From NCBI GenBank assembly GCA_964614675.1, contig CAZTMF010000001.1:1-28465 (forward strand): 28,465 nucleotides of DNA, written 5' to 3'. Made by a program: the position numbers and the translations under genes. Under the pieces are notes generated by a model, which saw only the letters and a program-made list of their open reading frames with translations, was not told the origin of the DNA and made no database searches. Each line of letters starts with the position of its first letter. The first letter of the stretch is position 1. Of the stretch, positions 14,890 to 23,010 are shown piece by piece. This DNA is from an uncultured Caulobacteraceae bacterium. GTDB lineage: Bacteria > Pseudomonadota > Alphaproteobacteria > Caulobacterales > Caulobacteraceae.

Positions 14890-17151
14890 TCACGAACCAG
14901 ATCGCGCCACGCGATCTTCCCGGCAAGCCGGCCGTCCGACGATCCTCAAGCCGCCCAGCTCGGCGATCGCCGCGACGATGTGGTAGAACGAACTTGCCGG
15001 CGCGGGGCCGTCTGCGAATTGCCCCTCCGTTCCCAGGCGGTCTCTCCAGAGGCCCGGAATGGGCGTCGCAAAATAGGTCTCGAGCACCTCCGCCGCCCGG
15101 ACTGACGCGTCCTGTTCACCCAGGATGTGCGCGGCCTTGACCCGTTCAGTCTGTGGCCACAGCCGCGCGGTGCGTTCGCGCGGCGAGAGGTCGTCCAGAA
15201 GGCTGTCGATCGCCGCGCCCGAGACCCGGTCGACTCCGGCGTCGCCCACCTCGAACAGCCGCCGGGCCCTGGCGGATGCATCCCGGCGATCATTCAGCCA
15301 AGCCCATTGCTGCAGCAGCCAGGCCCATTCGAACTGGTGCCCGGGCTCGACGATCCGGCCCAGATCACCGGGCGCGGGCCGCCATTGCTCGTCGAAGACT
15401 TCGCGCAGCGCGCCCGATTCAGCATCGATGAAGCGGCTGCAGCAGAGCTCGCCGATCTCGTCGGCCAGTTCTCGCCAACCGGCGTGGGCGCTCACGCCGC
15501 TCCAGGTGAGCGACGCCTCGAAGAGGTGCATCAGAGCGTTGGACTGGTATGGCCTATCGTCTCCCGCCTCGCGCAGGCCCCCCGACGGACAGTCATGGGC
15601 CTCGCGGACGCGGCCAAGCAACGCCTCGGCCTGCGCGGAGAGCCTCGCCCGGTCCTCCGGCAGCGCCTTGGCGGCAGAGGCCAGGGACAGAAGCACGAAG
15701 GCCTGATCATAGAGCATGGCCGAATCATCGGCGACGGCCCCGTTGTCGGTGACCAGGGTGCGGTAGAGGCCGTCGGGGCGGCGGTACCGCGTATCCAGGT
15801 AGTCGAGGCCGTGACCGATCGCCTGGCGCCAGGGCCCCCGCCAGCCGAGGGCGCCGGCGGTTGCATAGCTATAGACCTGCCGAGCCTGCACCCTGAGTCT
15901 GCGCCCTTCGTCAGCGGGCCGACCCTGCTGATCCAGCCCCTCGCGGAATCCGCCACGCTCGTGGTCGGCTCCCAGAGACCACCAGATCGGAAGGGCGCTG
16001 GTCATGAGCCAGTCCGTCAGCCGCCCGCTCACCGCCGCCAGGGGCCCTACCTCTCCCGCCACTGTGGCCGAGGCGGCCTTGAGCTTGTCGACCAACCCCT
16101 TCACCTCCTGGCTGGCATCGAGGGCGCAGACGAGGATGGCGTCCGGCTCGACCACCACGCCCACCCGGTCCAGTCCCACGAGGGTGACGAGCTGGCCTGT
16201 GGCGGAACGCACCAACGACCCGGTGCTCGCGTGCGCCATCGCCGCGCCCCGGAAGGCATTGCCCTGCTCGTCCTGAGCAGAGGCCTGATGGATCGCCTGC
16301 CAGGACCCGAGGTCCGACCAGGAGTAGCTGACCGGCACCACCGCGGCGTGGCGGGTCTTCTCCATCAGGGCGTAGTCGATGGAGATCTTGGGCGCGGTCC
16401 GGAATTGGTCGCCCAGGTCCAGGCCGTCGGACCTCTGCTCGCCGCCCACGTAGGCCGCGCGCACCCTCTCCATCAGCTCGGGCGCGAAGGTATCGAGTTC
16501 GCCCAGCAGCCGGTCGGCGCGGAAAACGAAGTTGCCGCTATTCCAGAGATAGCCGGCGTCGACATAGGCCTTGGCCGTCTCGGCCGGCGGCTTCTCCACG
16601 AAGCGCCGCACCCAGTGGGCGCCGGGCGCCAGATCCAGCGCCTCGGCCGGCTCGATATAGCCATAGCCGGTGGAGGGTTCGGTCGGCCTTATCCCGAAGG
16701 TCGCGATGGCGCCCCCCGCCGCAGCCGCCACAGCGATCTCGGCCGCGGCGCAGAAGGCGTCTGCGTCCGGGATATGGTGATCGGCGGCGACCACCACGGC
16801 CACGCCGTCGGCGGCCTGGCCCTGAATCCAGCAGCCGGCGGCCGCTATGGCGGGCGCCGAATCCCGACCCTCGGGCTCGATGATGATGAAGGCGGACCGG
16901 CCGATCGCGGCAAGCTGTTCGCGGATCAGCTCAAGGTGCGCGCGGCCCGCGACGATAACCGCATCGCGCGCCCCGCGCAGGCGCGACATGCGCAGCACGG
17001 TGTCCTGGAAGATCGAGAATTCGCCCAGCAGCGGCAGGAACTGCTTCGGCCGCGAGGGCCGCGACGCCGGCCAGAGCCGCGTGCCCGCCCCTCCGCACAG
17101 GATGACTGGAAACACAGGCAGTTCTACGCGCGGCAAAGGAGCCCCTCTCAT
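14890..17151 (-). CDS. manC: Mannose-1-phosphate guanylyltransferase fused to a C-terminal AGE-family (alpha/alpha)6 epimerase/isomerase, about 753 aa
   Basis: N-domain PVILCGGAGTRLWPASR..PKQF, FVEKP, WNSGNF, SIDYALMEK, WSDLGSW. C-domain RVQARQVYSYA, LYDQAF, NALMHLFEA, EPGHQFEWAWLL, WPQTERVKA, FYHI. Start uncertain (17151 or slightly downstream). Confidence 0.9.
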   Translation of the reverse strand: MRGAPLPRVELPVFPVILCGGAGTRLWPASRPSRPKQFLPLLGEFSIFQDTVLRMSRLRGARDAVIVAGRAHLELIREQLAAIGRSAFIIIEPEGRDSAPAIAAAGCWIQGQAADGVAVVVAADHHIPDADAFCAAAEIAVAAAAGGAIATFGIRPTEPSTGYGYIEPAEALDLAPGAHWVRRFVEKPPAETAKAYVDAGYLWNSGNFVFRADRLLGELDTFAPELMERVRAAYVGGEQRSDGLDLGDQFRTAPKISIDYALMEKTRHAAVVPVSYSWSDLGSWQAIHQASAQDEQGNAFRGAAMAHASTGSLVRSATGQLVTLVGLDRVGVVVEPDAILVCALDASQEVKGLVDKLKAASATVAGEVGPLAAVSGRLTDWLMTSALPIWWSLGADHERGGFREGLDQQGRPADEGRRLRVQARQVYSYATAGALGWRGPWRQAIGHGLDYLDTRYRRPDGLYRTLVTDNGAVADDSAMLYDQAFVLLSLASAAKALPEDRARLSAQAEALLGRVREAHDCPSGGLREAGDDRPYQSNALMHLFEASLTWSGVSAHAGWRELADEIGELCCSRFIDAESGALREVFDEQWRPAPGDLGRIVEPGHQFEWAWLLQQWAWLNDRRDASARARRLFEVGDAGVDRVSGAAIDSLLDDLSPRERTARLWPQTERVKAAHILGEQDASVRAAEVLETYFATPIPGLWRDRLGTEGQFADGPAPASSFYHIVAAIAELGGLRIVGRPACREDRVARSGS

Positions 17152-17307
17152 CAACTGGAACAACTGATCCGCTGCCCCGGGCAAGTGTCAAGCCGGCCAA
17201 GAGGAGCGCCGGCGCATCGGCGCAGAGTTTCGCCGCATTGACCACATAGTTGAGTTCGATTAACCTTTGTTCTCAGTTTTTGTGCAGCTCTCGAAGGAGG
17301 GCGAATA

Positions 17308-17445
17308 TTGCGACGATTAGCGGCAGGTCTTCAACTCGGCGCGCTGATCGGGTTTTGGCTGGTGGCGTGGTTGCCGCTGGCGTTCTACTGCCTCGCGGCG
17401 TCCGCGGTCAGCATCTTGCGCAGCCCGAGGCACGTTCTTTCCTGA
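17308..17445 (+). CDS. Small membrane peptide, 45 aa (not in the ORF track)
   Basis: AAGGAGG (17294-17300) 7 nt before TTG. Translation MRRLAAGLQLGALIGFWLVAWLPLAFYCLAASAVSILRSPRHVLS has one long hydrophobic segment. Confidence 0.5.
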   Translation: MRRLAAGLQLGALIGFWLVAWLPLAFYCLAASAVSILRSPRHVLS

Positions 17446-17529
17446 AATCTCGGCGCCCGGCATCCGGGCCCGGCCTGGTTCTGCGGCAGTCCCGGCGGGA
17501 CAGCGATCGGGGAACCGATGACGGTCGGG

Positions 17530-18396
17530 TCAGGCGGTGGCGATCATGGACATCTCAGCCGAAGCGAGGTCCGGGCGCCAGATGTGGTGCAGACGCCCTT
17601 CCGCATGCCTGCGCTGCGGAGAGATCACGAACTTGACGATATCGCCGAAGGCCGCCGGCGCCAGCGCCCACGGCTCGATGAGATAGCGCCGGCCGAGGCG
17701 GCGCGGGTCGCAGACCAGGCGATACAGCCACTCGATGCACAGGAGGCCCAGAAGGCGCGGCGCCGCAGGCTGGATCCCGGCCTCGTAGTCGAACGCCGCC
17801 CCCACCGACAGAAGGACGCCCGAGGTCAGCGCATGGAAGTTGCGGCCGATCCACCGCTCCTGCAGCGGCATGCCCATGCCGACCAGGACGACGTCGGGCC
17901 GGAAAGCGTTGATCTGTTCGACAACGGCCGCGTTTTCGGCCGAGCCGTCGGCCTGGTCGAAGTAGCCATGGTGGGTGGCGATCTCGATGCCCGGCCATTC
18001 GAGCTGCAGCCGGCGGGCCGCCTCGTCCGCTACGCCGGGCTCGGCTCCCAGGCAAAAGATCCGCCAGCCTTTGGCCGAGGCCATGGCCCAGAACTGATCG
18101 CGCCAGTCCAGATAGGTGCAGCGGTTCGCCGGTTTCGTCTCGAGGCCCATCAGACGGCCCCAGAGCACCATCGGCATGGAGTCGATCTCGATCAGGTTCG
18201 CCAGGTCGAAGAAGGCCGCCATCTCCGGGTCTTTCCGGGACAGGTACAGACTGTGCAGGTTCTGGTTGGCGACGACGCCCTTGCGGCCGGAAGCGGCGGC
18301 CTCGTCGATGAAGGCCAGCACGTCTTCGGTGGTGACGAGATCCGCGGCCGCTCCGAGGAGTTCGACGCGGCGGACGATTTCTTTCGCCTTTCCCAT
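17530..18396 (-). CDS. WecB/TagA/CpsF-family glycosyltransferase (GT26), 288 aa
   Basis: ANQNLHSL, IDSMP, FCLGAEPGVA, HHGYF, VGMGMPLQERWI, VGAAFDYEAG and EWLYRLVCDPRRLGRRY. Confidence 0.93.
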   Translation of the reverse strand: MGKAKEIVRRVELLGAAADLVTTEDVLAFIDEAAASGRKGVVANQNLHSLYLSRKDPEMAAFFDLANLIEIDSMPMVLWGRLMGLETKPANRCTYLDWRDQFWAMASAKGWRIFCLGAEPGVADEAARRLQLEWPGIEIATHHGYFDQADGSAENAAVVEQINAFRPDVVLVGMGMPLQERWIGRNFHALTSGVLLSVGAAFDYEAGIQPAAPRLLGLLCIEWLYRLVCDPRRLGRRYLIEPWALAPAAFGDIVKFVISPQRRHAEGRLHHIWRPDLASAEMSMIATA

Positions 18397-18560
18397 GACC
18401 TAAGTCCCAGCTTGGAACAGCCGTCTTGCTGTCGTCGCTCGCGCTGCAAGCGAAAAGCCAAGGCAGGAATTCAACCATTGCGTAACCACGTTATCCGGCG
18501 GCGACAGCGGAGCGGGGCATTTGATTGCGCGCCGGGCGGTGGCCGGCTAAGCGGCGGCCG

Positions 18561-20207
18561 ATGATCCTCGGGTGGAGCGAGTTCGCCGCACGGTCGACGC
18601 CAGTCGACATCTGCATCGTCGGCGGCGGCGCCGCCGGACTGACTCTTGCCGCGTCGCTCTGTGGCTCCGGCCTCTCGGTGATCGTCCTGGAAGCCGGAGC
18701 CGCCCGTCAGACCAAGGCATCCCAAGCCTTCTACGAAGGGGATCTGGCCGACCCCGCGTCCCATCCCTGGCTGCACCACTTCCGCGTCAGGGCCATCGGC
18801 GGCTCGAGCCGGATATGGGGCGGCCGTTGCGTGCCGTTCGACCCGGTCGACTTCGAACGTCGCGATTGGGCCCCCGGTCCGGGGTGGCCCATCGGTTTCG
18901 CCGAGGTCGCGGAACATTACCCCGCCGCCCAGGCGGCCGCGGAGGCCGGGGCTTACGACTATGATCCGGCCACGACCCTGCCTGGGCGCCAGGCCGAGTT
19001 CGCGCCAGGCCTGGATGGCGAGATGATCGCCACGCGGCTCGAACGGTTCAGTCGCCCGACCGATTTCTGGCGCCGGTTCGGCGCGAAGCTCAGGTCGGAT
19101 CCGCACGTCCATGTCGTCATGGAGGCCCCGGCCACGGCCATTCGCCTGAAGGCGGACGGCGGAGCGGTCGACCACATCGAGGTCCGCGGCCCCGGCGGGG
19201 AGCTGGCGCAGGTGACCGCCAGGACCTTCGTGATCGCCGCTGGAGGCCTCGAAACCGTCAGGCTGTTGCTCGCGTCGAACGACGTGACGTCATGCGGCGT
19301 CGGCGGCGGGTCCGGCCATCTTGGCCGCTACTACATGAGCCACCTGGCGGCGACGGCAGGCCAGATCGTCTTCGCCGATCCCTCTCGCGTGGCCTTCGAC
19401 TACGAGCGGGACGATGAGGGGATCTATGTTCGGCGCAGGCTGGCCCTGACGGAGGCCGCCCAGAGACAAGCCAGGTGCCTGAACGTCGTCTTCCGGACGC
19501 ATCTGCCGGACGCGGCCGACCCGTTGCACGGCGACCCGATCCTCTCGGCGATGTACCTGGTCAAGGACCTTGTCCTGTTCGAATACAGCCGCAAGATGCG
19601 ACAAGCGCGTCCGACGCTGGGACAGAGGCTTTCCCATTTCGGGAATATCGTCCGCCACCCTTTGCGGCTCGGCGGCTTCTCCCGGAACTGGATCCTGCGC
19701 AGGGTCCTCTCCGACCGGAAGCTCCCCTCAGTGGTCCTCGGGTCGCGCACGGGCGCCTATCCCCTGGAGTTCCATGCCGAGCAGGCGTCCAATCCGGACA
19801 GCCGGCTGACCCTCGGCGCAGAGACGGACGCCTTCGGCATGCCGCGGCTGAAGGCGGACTGGCGGTTGACCCAGCTCGATACCGAAAGCCTCCAGCGCGC
19901 GTACGCCCTGCTCGCCGCCGAGCTCAAACGGACTGGCGTCGGGGAGCTCACGTACGACCCCGATGATGTCGCCGAGGCGGCGCGGCGGGAAGGCGCCTAT
20001 GGCGGTCACCATATCGGCGCGGCCCGGATGTCGGCGCTTCCCGGCGAGGGCGTGGTGGACCGGGAGTGCCGCGTTCATGGCGTCGGGAATCTCTATCTCG
20101 CCAGCAGCGCGGTGTTTCCGACCTCGGGCCAGGCCAATCCGACCCTGACGATCCTCGCGCTGACTCTGCGGCTCGGCGCGCGCATCCGGCAGGAACTGAA
20201 GCGCTGA
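18561..20207 (+). CDS. GMC-family FAD-dependent oxidoreductase, about 548 aa
   Basis: IVGGGAAG FAD-binding motif, IGGSSRIWGG, IAAGGLETVRLL, HHIGAARM and VVD..CRVHGVGNLY..SSAVFPTSGQANPTLTI. No signal peptide. Alternative start 18525. Confidence 0.92.
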   Translation: MILGWSEFAARSTPVDICIVGGGAAGLTLAASLCGSGLSVIVLEAGAARQTKASQAFYEGDLADPASHPWLHHFRVRAIGGSSRIWGGRCVPFDPVDFERRDWAPGPGWPIGFAEVAEHYPAAQAAAEAGAYDYDPATTLPGRQAEFAPGLDGEMIATRLERFSRPTDFWRRFGAKLRSDPHVHVVMEAPATAIRLKADGGAVDHIEVRGPGGELAQVTARTFVIAAGGLETVRLLLASNDVTSCGVGGGSGHLGRYYMSHLAATAGQIVFADPSRVAFDYERDDEGIYVRRRLALTEAAQRQARCLNVVFRTHLPDAADPLHGDPILSAMYLVKDLVLFEYSRKMRQARPTLGQRLSHFGNIVRHPLRLGGFSRNWILRRVLSDRKLPSVVLGSRTGAYPLEFHAEQASNPDSRLTLGAETDAFGMPRLKADWRLTQLDTESLQRAYALLAAELKRTGVGELTYDPDDVAEAARREGAYGGHHIGAARMSALPGEGVVDRECRVHGVGNLYLASSAVFPTSGQANPTLTILALTLRLGARIRQELKR

Positions 20208-20315
20208 TCGGCTGGATGTGGCGGCGTTCAGGCGCTGCGTGGGCGCGTCTGTAATCTGACCGGACAGCGCAGTGTAAGTCCCCCCTGGCAAGCTTGAATT
20301 GGGCGAGGAGGGAAC

Positions 20316-20441
20316 ATGCTGTTGCTGAGGCGTCTACTCGAAGTCGCTTGTGTTCTGGTGCTGGCGCGCGTCGCCGCCGCTTCGATCTGGGCCGGCCAAG
20401 TCATGGCCGTAAACGATCTGGACTCCGAAGTCCGATCCTGA
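20316..20441 (+). CDS. Possible small hydrophobic peptide, 41 aa (not in the ORF track)
   Basis: GAGGAGGG 3 nt before ATG (core GGAGG 5 nt before). Translation MLLLRRLLEVACVLVLARVAAASIWAGQVMAVNDLDSEVRS. Confidence 0.33.
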   Translation: MLLLRRLLEVACVLVLARVAAASIWAGQVMAVNDLDSEVRS

Positions 20442-20614
20442 CGAGGCGATCTTCGTCCTTGGGTTCTGCAGGGACCGTCTATCCCGACCCGTCGGCGCTG
20501 ATACGGATTAGTATTCGCGCAACCAACGATCTTCATCGCCTGTAATCCACATAACTTCAGGTTACTGCAAGTCGCCGCGGGATAAGACCGGCCCCAGTCA
20601 CACCTGAGGCGACG

Positions 20615-22852
20615 ATGCCCACGATTTCCAATATTCCTTACATCATCGAAAACGGCGGCAAGCCTTGGAGCTTCTCCCAGAGCGGAGACGTGTCTCGTTT
20701 CGAGGTCCACCCCGGCGACAAGTGGTCGGGCGACGCGGTCTACGCCAATCCCAAGGAACGGTCAGAGATATCGACCACCACCAAGTTCCAGTTCAACCAG
20801 GTCTACACGCTCGAATACAAGTTCATGATCGAGCCGGGCGCTCCCAACACATCCAACTGGATGTACATCGGGCAAATCCATGCGACCCCTGATGCGGCGG
20901 ACGCCGCGCTCGGACCGCCGGTCGGCATCCAGCTGGTCGGCGACCGGCTGGAGATCACGGTAAGCTCTGACGCCAAGGCGACCCAGACGACCACTCCCCC
21001 TGTCCAGACCCTGTTCCTGGACAGCCAGAACATCACTCGCGGCCAATGGTACGACATCACCATGCAGGTGAAGTTCGATCCAAGCGGCGGCGGCATGCTG
21101 AACGTCTTCAAGGATGGCGTTCAGATCGTCAACTATACTGGACCGCTCGGATACAACGACGCCGTGGGACCCTATTGGAAAGAGGGCATCTATCGAGGCC
21201 CCTCTCCAAATCCGATCGCCGTAGACTACAAAGGCCTCGATATCGAAACCGGCCAGTTCAACAAGGCCGTGACAGCGACCAGCGGCCAGCCGCTTTCGGG
21301 GACCGCCGGGGCGGACCATCTCGGCGTCGCCGCGGCCCAGGGCGGAGCCACTGGAGGCGCCGGGTCGGTCGTGCAGGGGTTGGGCGGCGACGACGTGCTG
21401 GTTTCGGGGCCAGGCAACGACACCCTGGACGGCGGGGCGGGCAACGACACGGCGGTGTTCAGCCAAGCCTATGGCGCCTACGCGACCGCCTCCAGCGCGG
21501 CGGCGACGACGGTCAGCGGCCCGGACGGAACCGACACCCTGATTGGCGTCGAAATGCTCACCTTCGCCGACCGGCAGGTGATCGTCTCGACCGCTGGGCA
21601 GACCCTCACCGCCCGCGCTGGCGCCGACATCCTTGTCGGCGGCGCAGGAGCAGACACCTTCGTGGTCAAACCGGGCAACGACGTCATCGACGGCGGCGCC
21701 GGAAGCGACACGGTGATCTTCTCCGGGAACTCCTCGGCTTACACGATCGGCCTGAACAACGGCGCGCTGACGGTGCGCGGCCCGGACGGGACCGACACCC
21801 TGACCAATGTCGAGAGCCTGCGCTTCGCCGACAGCACCGTGCTGGCGTCCAGCATCACCTCCTCGACATTGGGGGGCCAGACGCCGAACGGCGCCGGCGC
21901 CCTGAATTCCGGTTCGGGCGGCGCCACGCTCACCGGGAACGCCGGCAATGACACGCTGAACGGCGGGGCCGGGAACGATACGCTGACCGGAAACGCCGGC
22001 AATGACGTGCTCAATGGCGGCGCAGGGATCGATACCGCCGTCTTCAGCAACACCTATGCCCACTACGCCATCACCACGGCCAGCAGCGGCGCGACCGCCA
22101 TCAGCGGCCCCGACGGGAACGACACGCTGACCAACATCGAGATCCTCAGGTTCGCCGACCGGCAGATGGTGATCACCAGCGCCGGCGAAACCCTGACCGC
22201 CCGCGCGGGGGGCGACACCCTGGTCGGGGGGACCGGCGACGACACCCTGGTGATCGGTTCAGGCAACGACAAGATCTACGGCGGCGCGGGCTCCGATATC
22301 GTTCTCTTCTCGGGCGCATACTCGACCTATACCGTCAGTCAGAGCGCCGGCGTTGTGACGGTGAACGGCCCCGGCGGGACCACCGACACCCTGAACAATG
22401 TCGAGACCCTCCATTTCGCTGACCAGACCGTCAGCGTCGCCAGCCTCGCCTCTCCGGCGCCCGCCGGGCAGACCCTCACGGGCGGCGCGGGTGCGGATGT
22501 CCTGACTGGCGGCGCGGGCGCAGATATCCTCAAAGGCGGAGCTGGCCAGGACACCCTGACCGGAGGCGCCGGGAACGACGCCTTCGTGTTCGGCGCGTTG
22601 GCGGACACCGCCGTCGCCCACCCCGACACGATCACCGACTTCGTCTCGGGTCAGGACCGAATTGACGTCTCCGCCATCGACCCGCACTTCCATCTTGGAT
22701 CCGCGGCCGGAGCCCACACCATCGTGGTGAACTACGACGCCGCACACGACCGCACCGTCGTCGACCTATATGTGACTGGCGGGTCCACGCCCGGGGCGGA
22801 GATCTGGCTCACGGGCGCCCATGCCCTGAACGCCAGCGACTTCCTTCTCTAA
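20615..22852 (+). CDS. Type I-secreted RTX protein: N-terminal polysaccharide-lyase (jelly-roll, PF14099/heparin-lyase-I-like) domain, Ca-binding GGxGxD repeats and a serralysin-like C-terminus, 745 aa
   Basis: Lyase-like motifs RFEVHPGD, KERSEI, YIGQIH, GQWY, YWKEGIYR. Many GGAGNDT nonapeptides, DTLxNVExLxFAD modules and DTITDFVSGQDRIDVSAID..ASDFLL terminus. No Sec signal; GAGG RBS. Confidence 0.85.
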   Translation: MPTISNIPYIIENGGKPWSFSQSGDVSRFEVHPGDKWSGDAVYANPKERSEISTTTKFQFNQVYTLEYKFMIEPGAPNTSNWMYIGQIHATPDAADAALGPPVGIQLVGDRLEITVSSDAKATQTTTPPVQTLFLDSQNITRGQWYDITMQVKFDPSGGGMLNVFKDGVQIVNYTGPLGYNDAVGPYWKEGIYRGPSPNPIAVDYKGLDIETGQFNKAVTATSGQPLSGTAGADHLGVAAAQGGATGGAGSVVQGLGGDDVLVSGPGNDTLDGGAGNDTAVFSQAYGAYATASSAAATTVSGPDGTDTLIGVEMLTFADRQVIVSTAGQTLTARAGADILVGGAGADTFVVKPGNDVIDGGAGSDTVIFSGNSSAYTIGLNNGALTVRGPDGTDTLTNVESLRFADSTVLASSITSSTLGGQTPNGAGALNSGSGGATLTGNAGNDTLNGGAGNDTLTGNAGNDVLNGGAGIDTAVFSNTYAHYAITTASSGATAISGPDGNDTLTNIEILRFADRQMVITSAGETLTARAGGDTLVGGTGDDTLVIGSGNDKIYGGAGSDIVLFSGAYSTYTVSQSAGVVTVNGPGGTTDTLNNVETLHFADQTVSVASLASPAPAGQTLTGGAGADVLTGGAGADILKGGAGQDTLTGGAGNDAFVFGALADTAVAHPDTITDFVSGQDRIDVSAIDPHFHLGSAAGAHTIVVNYDAAHDRTVVDLYVTGGSTPGAEIWLTGAHALNASDFLL
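21431..22432 (+). repeat. Internal duplication of a 137/139-aa module (21431-21841 and 22016-22432), plus a 2 x 54-bp RTX tandem repeat (21929-22036)
   Basis: Both units read GGAGxDTAVFS..SGPDGxDTLxxxExLxFADRQ..xAGxTLTARAGxDxLVGG..GNDxIxGGAGSDxVxFSG..GPxGxxDTLxNVExLxFADxTV. The 54-bp units encode LTGNAGNDTLNGGAGNDT and LTGNAGNDVLNGGAGIDT. Confidence 0.9.
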
Positions 22853-23010
22853 GCCGTCTCGCTCCACCGCGCTGTGGAGGGTAGTCGCGGCGGCGCGGAC
22901 GCGGGCCGACGGCGCCCGAATTGCATGCGGCGGTCGAAACAGCGAGGCGCCGCTCCTCGACGCCTCCGGCCAAAAATGCTAATGACGCCCGTCAGATCGA
23001 GAGGCCGGTG

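Noticed and set aside
15520-15550. AGE motif reading NALMH rather than NPHMH, as possible loss of a catalytic His
   Set aside because: The family-conserved residue is the His in N-x3-H-x2-E, which is present; the earlier position varies among active AGE-family enzymes.
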